A DNA stretch of 59,635 nt, from the NCBI GenBank assembly GCA_964450355.1, contig CAYVDH010000002.1, positions 1 to 59,635 of the forward strand, given 5' to 3'. The DNA comes from an uncultured Flavobacteriaceae bacterium (GTDB lineage: Bacteria; Bacteroidota; Bacteroidia; NS11-12g; UBA955). The notes beneath the pieces are model-generated. The model was given only the letters and a program-made list of their open reading frames with translations. It was not told where the DNA came from and did not search any database. Positions 38,472 through 50,800 of the stretch are shown piece by piece. The position numbers were made by a program, and so were the translations under genes. Each line of letters begins with the position of its first letter. Position 1 is the stretch's first letter.

Positions 38472-39152
38472 ATGAAAATTAAATATTGTCTTTTATTCGT
38501 CTTAATTTCAACAAAATTAAATGCTCAAAAATTCAATTATGAATTAAAATTATTGAACAGCACTCAGTACTTCAATCAAAAAAACTCGAATTCGAGTCGA
38601 TTTGAAAACCAAGGTAACTACTTTCAAATATTAAAATTAACACCAGGCATTTCAATTCAAAAAGGAAACAATGAACTGGATGTAATCCTTACTGATTTAA
38701 GGTTCAATAAAAACAATGTAAAAAACTCGTATGCAATAGATTCTATTAATATTGCTGAGCAAAACACGAAAAACACTTCTTTTAATTTTGGACTGTTTAT
38801 TGCACCTTATGTAAAATTATTAAGATCAAAAAATGAAAAAACAGTCTTTGCTTTTGCATGCATTTTGTCATCTAATTACCAACTTTTAACCAGTACTCCA
38901 GAAGTTGGATTTAAAACTAAAATGACTTCATTTTCATTCAATGGTTTTATTGCGCCAAAGGTGAAATTTAAAATCAAAGAAACTATCAGTTTTGAAATCA
39001 ATACTCCAATTCAAATTTTTGGTACGAACGAAACCAAAAATAGAGTGTACAATTCTCTTTTAAACAAATCACAACAAACCACATCCAATGTAGATTTCTC
39101 ACTTTTACCTCAACAAGTGATGATCAATTTTGGTTTGGGATTTAGGATATAA
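38472..39152 (+). CDS. Hypothetical small outer-membrane beta-barrel-like protein (226 aa)
   Basis: Signal peptide MKIKYCLLFVLISTKLNAQ. Alternating beta-strand-like pattern. The C-terminus is INFGLGFRI. Confidence 0.5.
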   Translation: MKIKYCLLFVLISTKLNAQKFNYELKLLNSTQYFNQKNSNSSRFENQGNYFQILKLTPGISIQKGNNELDVILTDLRFNKNNVKNSYAIDSINIAEQNTKNTSFNFGLFIAPYVKLLRSKNEKTVFAFACILSSNYQLLTSTPEVGFKTKMTSFSFNGFIAPKVKFKIKETISFEINTPIQIFGTNETKNRVYNSLLNKSQQTTSNVDFSLLPQQVMINFGLGFRI

Positions 39153-39205
39153 GCACCCAATTTTGCAAATTCAAATATTAAAATGAAAACATAGCTAGTT
39201 TTCAA

Positions 39206-39213
39206 TATTTTTG
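39206..39213 (+). promoter_or_regulatory. Candidate -7 box (TATTTTTG, matches TAnnTTTG) for leuS
   Basis: The motif ends 12 nt before the leuS ATG at 39226. I found no clear -33 TTTG. Confidence 0.25.
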
Positions 39214-39225
39214 CATCTTGTAATT

Positions 39226-42200
39226 ATGTCGAATTATCATTTTAATGAAATAGAAAAAAACTGGCAAAAATTTTGGGCTGAAAACAAAACATTTAAAGCC
39301 GAAATTGATACTAACAAACCTAAATATTATGTGTTAGACATGTTTCCTTACCCTAGTGGTGCGGGTCTGCATGTTGGCCATCCTCTTGGTTATATAGCTA
39401 GTGATATAGTATCAAGATATAAACGACACAAAGGTTTTAATGTATTACACCCTATGGGTTATGATGCCTTTGGATTACCAGCTGAACAATACGCCATTCA
39501 AACAGGTCAACACCCTGCTATCACTACCGAGGAAAACATAAAAAGATACAGAGAACAATTAGATAGAATTGGATTTTCTTTTGATTGGGACAAAGAAATT
39601 AGAACTTCCGACCCTGAATATTATAAATGGACTCAATGGATTTTTATTCAATTGTTTAATTCATGGTACAATCCTGCTTTGGATAAAGCTGAACCTATAG
39701 ATAAGTTAATTAATCAATTTGAGAAGAATGGCTTGCAATCCGATGACTTACAATTTACGCCTGAAGAATGGAAACAATTTAATGAAAAAGAAAAATCAGA
39801 TATTTTATTGAATTTCAGATTGGCATTTTTGAGTGAAACAATGGTGAACTGGTGTCCAGCCTTGGGTTCGGTACTTGCTAACGATGAAATAAAAGATGGG
39901 GTTAGTGAGAGAGGAGGTTATCCTGTAGAAAGGAAATTGATGTTGCAATGGAGTTTGAGAATCTCTGCCTATGCAGAGAGGCTGTTAAATGATTTAGATG
40001 CTTTAGATTGGACAGAAAGCATAAAAGAAGCCCAAAGAAATTGGATTGGTAAAAGTGAAGGATGTTCAATTGAATTTAAGGTAGAAAATAGTGATACAAC
40101 AATTGAAGTTTTCACTACTCGTCCTGATACTGTATTTGGGGTTTCGTATTTAACTTTAGCTCCCGAAAATGAATTGGTTTTACAGCTTACTCATAAAGAT
40201 TATTTTAAGTCTGTATCAGATTACATTGATAAAACAAAAAAACGAAGTGAAAGAGAAAGGCAAGCAGATGTTAAAAATATCAGTGGTGAATTTACTGGGA
40301 CTTATGCCATTCACCCCTTTACTGGAAATAAAATTCCTATTTGGATTGGAGATTATGTTTTAGCTGGTTACGGAACAGGCGCAGTAATGGCAGTACCTGC
40401 TCATGACAGCAGAGATTTTAGTTTTGCAAAACATTTTAATTTGCCCATTTTACAAGTGGTAGAAGGAGTGGAACAAAACTTTTTAAAGGACTCAAAAGAG
40501 GGTGTTGATGAGGGAGCTGGTAAGAGGGTTGAAAGTCATTTAACCTCACCCCTAACCCCTCTCCAAAGGAGAGGGGAACAAGATTCAGATATTGAATTTG
40601 GTTATTATACTACAGATAAACAAACTTATTCAAAACTCATTGCCTTTGTTAAAGAAAATAGATCAAATCCAACTAAAGAAGAAGAGAAAATTTGGGAATT
40701 AATTAGAAATAGGCAAGTTAAAAATGCTAAATTCAGAAGACAACATATCATTGATAGATTTATTCCAGATTTTGTTTGTTTAGAGCTAAATTTAATTATA
40801 GAAATTGATGGTTTGATACATAGTCTTGAAGACAATATAATTTCAGATGAAGCAAGAACAAAAAGATTAAACGAATTAGGGTTTGAGGTTGTTAGATTTA
40901 CAAATGAAGAAGTGAACTCTAATATTGAAACAGTAATTTCAAAGTTAGAAAAAATTATTTCTGAAAAACAAACTTTCACCCCTTCTCCTTTGGAAAAGGG
41001 GCTGGGGGATGAGGTCAAAGAACCTTACGAATCCAAACAAGGCTTTATCATCAATTCTGACTTTTTGAATGGCTTGGAAGTAAAAGAGGCAATAAAAACT
41101 GTTATTCATGCGGTTGAAGAAAAGGGTATTGGTAAAGGAAAAACAAATTACAGATTGCGTGATGCCGTATTTGGTAGGCAAAGATATTGGGGCGAACCTA
41201 TTCCAGTGTATTATGAAAATGGAATACCAAAAACCATGAATGAAAAAGATTTGCCCTTGGTGTTGCCAGAAATTGATAAGTATTTACCTACAGAAACCGG
41301 AGAGCCGCCATTATCTAGGGCTAAGCAATGGGAATATCTCGGATGCCCTTTAGAGACAACTACTATGCCGGGTTGGGCAGGTTCATCTTGGTATTTTTTA
41401 AGATACATGGATTGCCATAATACCGAAGAATTTGTTTCAAAAAATGCAGTAGATTATTGGCAAAACATTGACTTGTATGTAGGCGGAAGTGAGCATGCCA
41501 CTGGGCATTTATTGTACTTCCGATTTTGGACTAAATTTTTACACGATTTAGGGTATTTGCCCTTCAAAGAACCAGCAAAAAAATTGGTGAATCAGGGGAT
41601 GATTCAGGGAATGTCAAGCATTATTTTTAGAGTAAATAATACCAATAAATTTATCTCATCAGGCTTGAAACATAATTATGAAACTTCATCAGTGTATGTA
41701 GATATAAACTTAGTTAAAAATAATGAAGTAGATATTGAAGCATTAAAAAAGTGGAGACCAACTGAATTTGAAAATGCCGAATTTGAATTTGAAAACAATG
41801 TTTTTCTTGCAACTTCAGAAGTAGGTAAAATGTCAAAACGATGGCACAATGTAGTCAATCCTGATGATGTTTGCAATGAATACGGAGCTGACACATTGCG
41901 CTTGTATGAAATGTTTTTGGGTCCGCTGCAAGATGCCAAACCATGGAGCACACAAGGGATTGAGGGAGTGTTAAGATTTTTGAGAAAACTGTGGCGTTTG
42001 TTTCATCAAGGTGAGAACGAGACTTTCTTACTATCAAATGATGAACCAAGTAAAGCAGAGTTAAAAATATTACATAAAACCATTAAAAAAGCCACCGAAG
42101 ACATCGAAGATTTCAGTTTTAACACCTCGGTCAGTGCGTTTATGGTTTGTGTGAATGAATTGCAAGAATTAAAATGCAATAAAAGACAAATTTTAGAACC

Positions 42201-42513
42201 AATAATCACATTATTGTCTCCTTATGCTCCACATATATGTGAGGAACTTTGGTCATTATCTGGTCATAATGGTTCAATAGAGTACCAAGAATGGCCTCAG
42301 TTTAATGCAGAGTATTTAGTAGAAAACGAATTCAATTATCCTATTTCATTCAATGGCAAAGTGCGTTTTAATATGTTGTTTGCTTTAGACAAAGACACCA
42401 AAGAAATAGAAAATGAAGTATTAGCCAACGAACAAACTATAAAATATTTAGAGGGCAAAACACCCAAAAAAATCATTGTTGTAAAAGGTAGAATTGTGAA
42501 TGTGGTGGTTTAG
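39226..42513 (+). CDS. leuS: Leucine--tRNA ligase (LeuRS) carrying an in-frame ~170-codon insertion
   Basis: Class I motifs: [16 protein letters not shown] (HIGH-type) and [10 protein letters not shown] (KMSKS). The conserved core includes [21 protein letters not shown] prefer the ATG at 39226 ([17 protein letters not shown]). The reading frame is continuous through the insertion. Confidence 0.95.
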   Translation: MSNYHFNEIEKNWQKFWAENKTFKAEIDTNKPKYYVLDMFPYPSGAGLHVGHPLGYIASDIVSRYKRHKGFNVLHPMGYDAFGLPAEQYAIQTGQHPAITTEENIKRYREQLDRIGFSFDWDKEIRTSDPEYYKWTQWIFIQLFNSWYNPALDKAEPIDKLINQFEKNGLQSDDLQFTPEEWKQFNEKEKSDILLNFRLAFLSETMVNWCPALGSVLANDEIKDGVSERGGYPVERKLMLQWSLRISAYAERLLNDLDALDWTESIKEAQRNWIGKSEGCSIEFKVENSDTTIEVFTTRPDTVFGVSYLTLAPENELVLQLTHKDYFKSVSDYIDKTKKRSERERQADVKNISGEFTGTYAIHPFTGNKIPIWIGDYVLAGYGTGAVMAVPAHDSRDFSFAKHFNLPILQVVEGVEQNFLKDSKEGVDEGAGKRVESHLTSPLTPLQRRGEQDSDIEFGYYTTDKQTYSKLIAFVKENRSNPTKEEEKIWELIRNRQVKNAKFRRQHIIDRFIPDFVCLELNLIIEIDGLIHSLEDNIISDEARTKRLNELGFEVVRFTNEEVNSNIETVISKLEKIISEKQTFTPSPLEKGLGDEVKEPYESKQGFIINSDFLNGLEVKEAIKTVIHAVEEKGIGKGKTNYRLRDAVFGRQRYWGEPIPVYYENGIPKTMNEKDLPLVLPEIDKYLPTETGEPPLSRAKQWEYLGCPLETTTMPGWAGSSWYFLRYMDCHNTEEFVSKNAVDYWQNIDLYVGGSEHATGHLLYFRFWTKFLHDLGYLPFKEPAKKLVNQGMIQGMSSIIFRVNNTNKFISSGLKHNYETSSVYVDINLVKNNEVDIEALKKWRPTEFENAEFEFENNVFLATSEVGKMSKRWHNVVNPDDVCNEYGADTLRLYEMFLGPLQDAKPWSTQGIEGVLRFLRKLWRLFHQGENETFLLSNDEPSKAELKILHKTIKKATEDIEDFSFNTSVSAFMVCVNELQELKCNKRQILEPIITLLSPYAPHICEELWSLSGHNGSIEYQEWPQFNAEYLVENEFNYPISFNGKVRFNMLFALDKDTKEIENEVLANEQTIKYLEGKTPKKIIVVKGRIVNVVV
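40500..41020 (+). mobile_element. DUF559 / Vsr-like (PD-(D/E)xK) endonuclease domain plus flanking GC-rich hairpin repeats, inserted in frame within leuS
   Basis: [79 protein letters not shown] matches the DUF559 consensus as I remember it. The flanks are cccctctcc-aaa-ggagagggg (40556-40576) and ccccttctcctttggaaaaggggctgggggatgaggtc (~40979-41016). Boundaries are approximate. Confidence 0.7.
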
Positions 42514-42565
42514 AAGATTATCTTCTATCATAATATTTTTTACGTAAATGAGTTATTACAAATAG

Positions 42566-43564
42566 ATGACTAAGAAAATTATTTATCTATCTGTAACAAT
42601 TTTGTTTAATTTGAATATACTAAAAGCACAATTTGGGAAAATTCATTACATCATTGAGTACAATAAACATGGCGACACATTGGCTTGTTATGAATACAAT
42701 AAAAGGGGGTTAATAAAGAATGTAAAATTATACCATAATGAGAACCAGTTTATGTTTGTTGACAAACTACTAAAGACTCATCTTTATTATGAATTTATTT
42801 ACATCGATAGTAATGAATTTTCAATTCTAACAAAGGAAATTGAATATGGATTTATTGAGAAACATTCTTTTTGCACATGTTCTGACCCATATTGTGATAT
42901 AGATGGGTGTAGTCAGATTGAAATTGAATTGAACATCCCATATATAGAATCCATAACAGAATATTTTTACTCAAAGGAGCTGGAATTTAAATTTAGTAAA
43001 AGAACTAACTATGATACTGGGCGTTATATATATTCAAATTGTTATTCAGATAGTTGTTTAGAGAAATATAAAAAAAGTAATATGAAGATGAATTTTCAAG
43101 ATTATGATTTTATTAGTGAAAAAGGGTATAATAAGGTCGAAATTAGAAACGATAAAAATTTTAAAACCGATATTATCAAATCTATTGAATTTACTACAGT
43201 GTTCTCAAAAAATGAATTTTATAATTTACATATATGGAAAATTTGTGATTGCCCAGATATAAAAGACATATATGATACCTTAGAAACTGGGGAATTTAAT
43301 TTTTATAAAGATACAAACAATAATTACTATGGGTTATCTGATAAATACGGTAAAATTATTCTTAAAGATAGAATGCCATGTTGTAATAATCAATCAAAAC
43401 ATAATCAATTGATATTTTATAATTACAATCCCACTAAAACAGAAAATGGATATAATATAAAAATAAGCCCATTTTTTATAGATCAATATCCTCAAAAGGA
43501 CATAATAAAAAAAATCAGGTCAACTAAAAAAAGCAAATTAAAAATCAAAAGGTATTTATTTTGA
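42566..43564 (+). CDS. Hypothetical secreted protein (332 aa)
   Basis: Signal peptide MTKKIIYLSVTILFNLNILKAQ. Lys/Tyr/Asn-rich with several Cys. No recognisable family. Confidence 0.5.
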   Translation: MTKKIIYLSVTILFNLNILKAQFGKIHYIIEYNKHGDTLACYEYNKRGLIKNVKLYHNENQFMFVDKLLKTHLYYEFIYIDSNEFSILTKEIEYGFIEKHSFCTCSDPYCDIDGCSQIEIELNIPYIESITEYFYSKELEFKFSKRTNYDTGRYIYSNCYSDSCLEKYKKSNMKMNFQDYDFISEKGYNKVEIRNDKNFKTDIIKSIEFTTVFSKNEFYNLHIWKICDCPDIKDIYDTLETGEFNFYKDTNNNYYGLSDKYGKIILKDRMPCCNNQSKHNQLIFYNYNPTKTENGYNIKISPFFIDQYPQKDIIKKIRSTKKSKLKIKRYLF

Positions 43565-43637
43565 AATTCAAAAGTTTTACAAGTTTGGAAATTAAATTAA
43601 AAAACAATAAATTGCCTATTATTTAGTTATAATACAC

Positions 43638-44537
43638 ATGAAAATAGAAAAACTATACATTGCCTTTTCCTTGCTTGTTTGTATTATTTTTTGCTCTAGT
43701 AAATTGCCAAAGCCATACAAAAAAGCCAAAAAACAAAATTGGATGTATGTGAAAGATTCTGTTTTGATGCTAGCTCATGAAATGAAAAATGGTGATTATC
43801 TAGTTTATCTTCAAGATTTATTAAAGTCTAATGATAAAACTGCTTATCAAAAGGCATTGCCCGACACAACGGTTTGGATAGAAAACAAAAATTTTAAATA
43901 CTTTGAACCTTTTGTTCGTTATTATTTTAGACACTCAGCTTACAAAGAGTTTCCATTAGTTGGTATAAGCTATGAACAAGCTCAAAATTATTGTCAATGG
44001 TTGACAAATAAAGTCAACAGTATTGAATCAAAACTATTTAAGAAAGTGTTGATTCGATTGCCTAACAAAGCAGAATGGATTATGGCAGCTAATGCTGGCA
44101 AACAGAATAGAGAATACCCTTGGGATGGAAAGTTTGTCAGAAATTCAAGAGGAAATTATTTAGCTAACTTTAAAGCCATCGGAGAAGAAAATATAAAAGA
44201 AGATTCTACAGGGGATTTAACCATTAATAAATGTTATAAAACAGTTAAAGTATTTCAATCTAATAAAATTGATACTGTTTTTAAAGGTTATGTTAATTGC
44301 GAAGACGATATAGATAAATTCATTACCACTGCGGTGTATTCCTATTGGCCAAATGAGCTTGGATTATACAACATGGCAGGCAATGTGAGTGAATTGTTAG
44401 CCGAAAAAAATCAGTACATTGGTGGCGATTGGAACAGCATTGCTTATTATTTAAATCTTAATACTGAACCAAGAACTTCAGTGAAACCATTGCCAAATGT
44501 TGGTTTTAGATATTTAATTCAGATTTTAGAATTTTAA
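43638..44537 (+). CDS. SUMF1/formylglycine-generating-enzyme-fold (FGE-sulfatase domain) protein, GldJ/GldK-like fold, probable lipoprotein
   Basis: FPLVGISYEQAQNYCQWLTNK and ELGLYNMAGNVSELL match the FGE-sulfatase domain signature (..PV..VSW.DA..YC.W; GLYDM.GNV.EW). The N-terminal hydrophobic segment has Cys (LLVCIIFCSS). Confidence 0.65.
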   Translation: MKIEKLYIAFSLLVCIIFCSSKLPKPYKKAKKQNWMYVKDSVLMLAHEMKNGDYLVYLQDLLKSNDKTAYQKALPDTTVWIENKNFKYFEPFVRYYFRHSAYKEFPLVGISYEQAQNYCQWLTNKVNSIESKLFKKVLIRLPNKAEWIMAANAGKQNREYPWDGKFVRNSRGNYLANFKAIGEENIKEDSTGDLTINKCYKTVKVFQSNKIDTVFKGYVNCEDDIDKFITTAVYSYWPNELGLYNMAGNVSELLAEKNQYIGGDWNSIAYYLNLNTEPRTSVKPLPNVGFRYLIQILEF

Positions 44538-44800
44538 AACATAGTTTTTTGTTTCATTTTAGAATCTAATACCATCATGTTTGAAGGGTCATTTAGACTA
44601 TTATTTTAACATAAATGTTTAAACAAATATTAATTTTGGTTAAACAAAAACAAAAATTTAACTATTTTTTGACAATTTGATTCAAATTAAATCAATTGAA
44701 AAACAGATAGTTAAATGTTAATTTTAATTATATTAGTTTTATTAAAAAAAATAAAGAGATTATTTTACTTTATTTGAGGATAAATAATTAAAAAAACTAT

Positions 44801-47800
44801 ATGTTAAAGAAAATTCTACTAACGGTATTATTTACTAGTTGGATTACCCTTCAATTAAATTCACAATGTTTTTCTCCACCAAATTATTGTACACCTACAG
44901 TTACTAACATCAACAGTTATGGAATTGGTTTGCAGAATGTAACATTAGGAAGTACAATCAATAACAGTACAACAGCAACTGGATTAGCACCAAATTATTT
45001 TAATTTTACATCCATGGCTGTCTCTGGTGCTGCTAATTCTACTATCAATTTTTCTATACAAAATGGTGGAAGTAACACCACAGGAGCAAGAATTTTTATC
45101 GATTATGATCAAAATGGAACTTTTTCTACATCCTCTCCAGAATTGGTATGGACTTCAAGTAATACTTCACCAGGTGTTACTGTAACAGGTAGCTTTACTA
45201 TTCCCAGTGGACAAAATCCAGGGGTGTATCGCATCAGAGTTACTGGAGACTTAGGTGGACAAGGAGCAAATCCTTGTAATTTGGGTTATGGAGAAATAGA
45301 GGATTATACTTTGATAGTTACTTCATCAACAACAGATGGGCAGGTTATTTCAAACCATTTGCCAACAAAATATGTATTGGGTAATAATACAATTGGTATC
45401 ACCATGGCCAATTACACTAATTCAAGTATCAGTTCCATGAAAATTGGGTACCAACTTGGCTCTAATACACCAGTTGAACAGTCATTAACTGGTTTAAGCG
45501 TTGCAGCTGGAAGCATTTATAGTACTACTTTTAGTAATCAACTTAATATAGGATCAACTGGTACATACACAATCAAAGTGTGGATAGATAGTATCAATGG
45601 CGCTGCTAACAACAGTACCAACAACGATACATTATGTCGCACTTTTGTAGTTTGTGCAGGTTTAAGTGGAACTTATACCATCAATCCAAGTGGTAGTGGA
45701 AGTTCTAATTTCAAAAGATTTGGTGAAGCTGATTCAGCTTTAATCAATTGTGGTGTAAGTGGCAAAGTGACCTTTAATGTGGCTAGTGGAACATACAATG
45801 AACAAATCATTATTCCTAATAGCATTTCAGGATTATCTGCTTCAAACAATGTTACTTTCCAATCAGCTACCGGAAATGCCAGCGATGTCAATTTAACTTT
45901 TTCTGCCAATACGACCAATAATTTTACTTTAAGATTGGATGGAGCTACTTTCATCCGATTTAAAGACATGACAATTACAGCATCTAATACAAATTTTGGT
46001 ACAGCTTTGTCCATATTGAATAATTCAAACAATGATTCCTTTATCAATGTGACATTCAATGGTATTTCAACTACATCAACATCTCAAAACCTTGCAGTGA
46101 TTAATTCACCATCCAATGCAATATTTCATTATTTATATTTCGGTAATTGCCGTGTAAATAATGGTTCTTATGGTACATTTTTACAATCAAGTTCTTCAAG
46201 TATTCTAGGAGCAAGTTCTCAAAATTTAACCTTTTTCAATTGTGAATTTAAAAATCAATATGCTTATGGAATGTATAATCAATATTTAGATGGTTTAAAA
46301 TTTATTTACAATAAAATTACAACCAATTCTACTTACACTGCCTACACTGGAATTTACAATTATTGGATTATGATATTAGATGATACCAAACGACCAATCA
46401 TTTATGGCAATACCATCAGTGGTGCTGTTGGAGGAACTGGAATGTACAATCAATACTTTGGAGTAAATTCAACAATAAATGCATTAAGAAAACCTCAGAT
46501 ATTTAATAACATGATTCAGATTGGTACTTCTGCAAATAGTACTTACGGACTGAGAGTAGCCAATGATTATGGATCAGATTTTATTCATAACACCATCAAT
46601 ATAACTACTACACAAAATACAAGCTCGTCTGCAGCTGCATTCTTTGAAAGTATAAGCAGTAATACCAGTAATGTAACCAATAATATTTTTTCTTCAACTA
46701 CAGGGGCACCTGCAATTAGAATTACAACCATTACAAATTACAACCCTGTTAATTTTAATGATTTATATACTTCAGGTACTAATTTAGCTTATTTAAATAC
46801 TACTGCTTATACTACCATTGCAGCATGGAGAACAGCCAGTGGTAGAGATGCAAATTCAGTAAATGTAAATCCTGGATATGTATCGAGTAGTGATTTACAT
46901 ATAAGCGGTGGTCCTATCTTACTTGTTCCTTTAAACAATTCAATATTAACCGATATTGATGGACAAACAAGATGTTCATTAACTGATATTGGAGCAGATT
47001 TTCATCCTTTAACTAATGATATAGGAATTAGTAGAGTAATTCATCCTAACAATGGCATTGCTGGTTCTGGCAACAGAGACATCATTGTTGTTTTAAGAAA
47101 TTTCGGAACTAACACTGTCACATCAGCCAATGTTAGTTACAGGGATGCCTCTACAGTTAAAACCATAGCTTGGACTGGCTCATTGGGATTATGTGATTCA
47201 GCTATTGTTACTTTCACAGGAAGTAATCAATACAATTTTACAGGTAATTGGAGTTTGAAATTCTTTACAAGTGCTCCTAATGGAACTACAGATTCTTATA
47301 TACCAAATGACACATTAAGAATGAATGGTTGTGTAGGATTGGCAGGTAATTATACCATCAATCCTTCAGGCAGTGGTTCTACTAACTTTACCACATTTGC
47401 AGCTGCTATCAGCGCAATGCAATCATGTGGTATAGCAACTCCAGTTCGATTCATTGTTTCAGCCTCTACATATTCTGAGCAAATAAGCATTCCTGCTATC
47501 AATGGGACATCAACTACAAATACCATCACTTTTGATGGTGGAAATGGAAATGCTTCAACCAGAATTTTGACATTTTCAAGTACATCGGCTTCTTTGCCAT
47601 ATGTATTGAGATTCAGCAATTGTAACAATGTTATTTTTAGAAATATGACCATACAAGCTCCTTCAACAACAGATGCTTGGCCTGTTCATTTCTTAGATGG
47701 ATTTAATAACAGAGTTAGTAATTGTGTAATAGAAATAAGTGGTTCAGGAGCAAGTGCAACAGCTTCTAATTTAATACCTGTGGTTATCAATGGAAATGCA

Positions 47801-50800
47801 ACAAGTGTTAGTACTGCATCTACAATAGCAAATAATCATTCGGTAGATAGTAACACCATCAATGCTGGGTATTATAACATGTACATAACATTAAATAATA
47901 CGAATAACATCATCAATGTTTTTAATAACAGTTTTAATCAAGGGTATCAATATGGTGTTTATTTTGTAAATCCATTTTCATTGAGATTTAATAGAAACTC
48001 TGTAACAATGAGAACTTCTATAACATCAAATATTCCAGTATATTTACAAAGTTTAAATAATTCTGGCACTACTTATTTTGAATTAAATGGAAATAAAATT
48101 CTTAACCCTGGACAAATGGGTATTTATTTAAACTCTTGTTCAAATTCTGGAACTGGTTTTAACAGAATATACAACAACATGGTAGGAGGTAATTTTAGGT
48201 ATGCAACAGGTACTTATGGTATTTATTTAACTTCTTGTACTAGAAATCAACTATACCACAACAGTGTAAACATGGATATTGCTACAACATCTGGAACAAA
48301 TTCATGTATTTTTATAACAAGTGGTAGCTTAAACGATGTAAGAAATAACCATTTAGCTGTAACAAATCCTGCTTCGGTTAATGCATTTAATTTATATTTA
48401 TCATCGAGTGCGGTTGTAACTAATGTTGACTATAACAACTATTATAATTTATCTACTAGCTCTAGTTTGATGTACAATGGCGGACCTTCATATGAATTAT
48501 ACAACTATAAAGCAGCCTTTCCTAATGGAGGTGGATTGAACTCAATTAGCATCAATCCTAATTATGTATCTTTATCAGATTTGCACTCATCAGCACCATG
48601 TAACGATGCTGCATCTATAGGAGTGGCAACAGATATTGACGGTCAAACAAGAAGTTCAAAACCAGATATTGGAGCAGACGAAGTTACTGGTTTGGGTACA
48701 AATGACATAGGTGTAAGCGAAATTCTATCTCCAGTATTTCCATTGAGTTCAGGAAATAACACCATCAAAGTAGTGATTAAAAATTATGGTTCAAACACAG
48801 TTACTTCTGCTAATGTCAATTACAACATTAACAACAGTGGAGTTACTACTCAAAGTTGGACTGGAAGTTTGGCAACTTGCGATACCGCTCACGTTACTTT
48901 TAATACACAATATAATTTTTCAACTGGAGCTAATTACATCGAAACTTATACAACCTCTCCTAATGGAAATACAGACAGTAAAAGATCGAATGACAGCATA
49001 AAAACAAGCATTTGTACAGCTATGAGTGGTCTATATACAATCAATGCTAGTGGAAGTGGAAGTACTAATTATACTTCATTTAAAAATGCAGTTGATGCTT
49101 TGATTTGTGCAGGTGTATCAGGTCCAGTTACATTTTCTGTAGCTGCAGGTACATACAATGAAAGAGTTGTGGTTCCACCAATAAATGGAACATCTACAAC
49201 AAATACAATTGTTTTTGATGGAGGTAATGGCAATGCAGGATCAAGAATCATTACTTTTGCCACTACATCTACAGCATTACAAGTATTGCAATTAAAAGCT
49301 TGTAATAACATAACATTCCGCAATCTTACAATCAGAAGTACCAGTACTTCTACAGCTTGGGTTGCTCATTTCTTAGATGGTGTAAACAACAGAATAAACA
49401 ATTGCGTAATAGATATGACAGGGACTGCTACTACTTCTACTTCTTCTGCATTTACAGCAGTTGTAATGAATGGAAGTAACTCTACCATTTCAACACAAAG
49501 TTTCTTTGGAAATAACAATATACTTGATTCTAATACAATTAGTTTTGGTTATTACAATGTTTATGTAGCAATGAATGCACTAACCAATACATTCATAACA
49601 AGAAACAACACCTTAAATAATTCTTATTTATATGGATATTTTTCTAATGGAAACTACTCACCGATAGTAAGTGGTAATACATTGAACCTAAGAACTACCA
49701 CTACAAGTAATTATGGAATTTATTTCCAAAATTGTAACAATACTCAAGGCAATTTTATGACAATAAATGCCAATAGAATCATCAATGCAGGTATTTATGG
49801 TATTTATTTAACATCTTGTTCAAAATCAGGAACAGACTACAACATCATAAGCAATAACATGGTAGGTAATTTCAGACACACTGCTGGTCCGGCTGGTATA
49901 TTTTTGACATCGGCAAGCAGAAACCTTATTTATCACAACAGCATTGATTTAAGTTCAGCAACTTTAAATACAAGTAACAATGCCGCAATATTTATACAAA
50001 ATGGTTCTGCTAATGAAGTTAGAAATAACCATTTAATGGTTTCTAATACCACTGCCTTGAATGCATATCCCTTATGGATTACACCAACAAGTGCAGTAGC
50101 AGCAGTAGATTATAACAATTATTTCAATTTATCGTCTTCATATGTATTGAATTTAGCAAATAACTTAATTACCATCAATAGTTATAAAAATGCATACCCT
50201 GCTGGCGGTGGAGTAAATTCATCTTCAGTAAATCCTTTGTTTGTTTCCTCAACAGATTTACATTCAACAAATACGTGTTTTACTGGTCAAAATTTAAGTT
50301 CAATAATAACAACAGATGTAGATGGTGAAAGCCGTTCATCTACACCAGATATGGGAGCAGATGAGGTTAACAATTTAGCCAACAATGACATGGGAGTTAT
50401 GAAAATTAACTCACCTAAATCACCAATTTCTGCTGGCACTAACACTGTGAATGTAACCTTAAGAAATTATGGTTCAAACACCATAACATCAGCCAACATT
50501 AATTACATATTAAACGGAGCTAGTCCTGTAACACAATCTTGGACTGGTAGTTTAGCACCATGTGATACAGCTAATTTCACTTTTACAACTTCTGCTAACA
50601 TGTCATCAGGAAGCAATTCACTTAGAGTGTTTACTTCAAATCCAAATGGAGCATCTGATCCTGTTAATAATAATGACACTGCAAGGTTTAATTTGTGTGG
50701 AGCGCTTAATGGAACATATACCATAGGTTCAAGCGGAAATTATCCTAATTTTACAGCAGCTGTTAATGCATTGTATTGTGGAGGTGTTTCTGGTAAAGTA

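Noticed and set aside
40500-41020. Possibility that the leuS insertion is an intein
   Set aside because: There is no N-terminal Cys/Ser splice residue context, no block B (TxxH) and no C-terminal HN+(C/S/T) junction. The inserted domain is DUF559-like, not a LAGLIDADG/HNH intein endonuclease.
40626-41181. Minus-strand ORFs (130 aa and 78 aa) across the leuS insertion, which might have been the 'real' mobile-element gene
   Set aside because: The DUF559 signature reads perfectly on the plus strand in the leuS frame. The minus-strand translations are low-complexity with no family resemblance.
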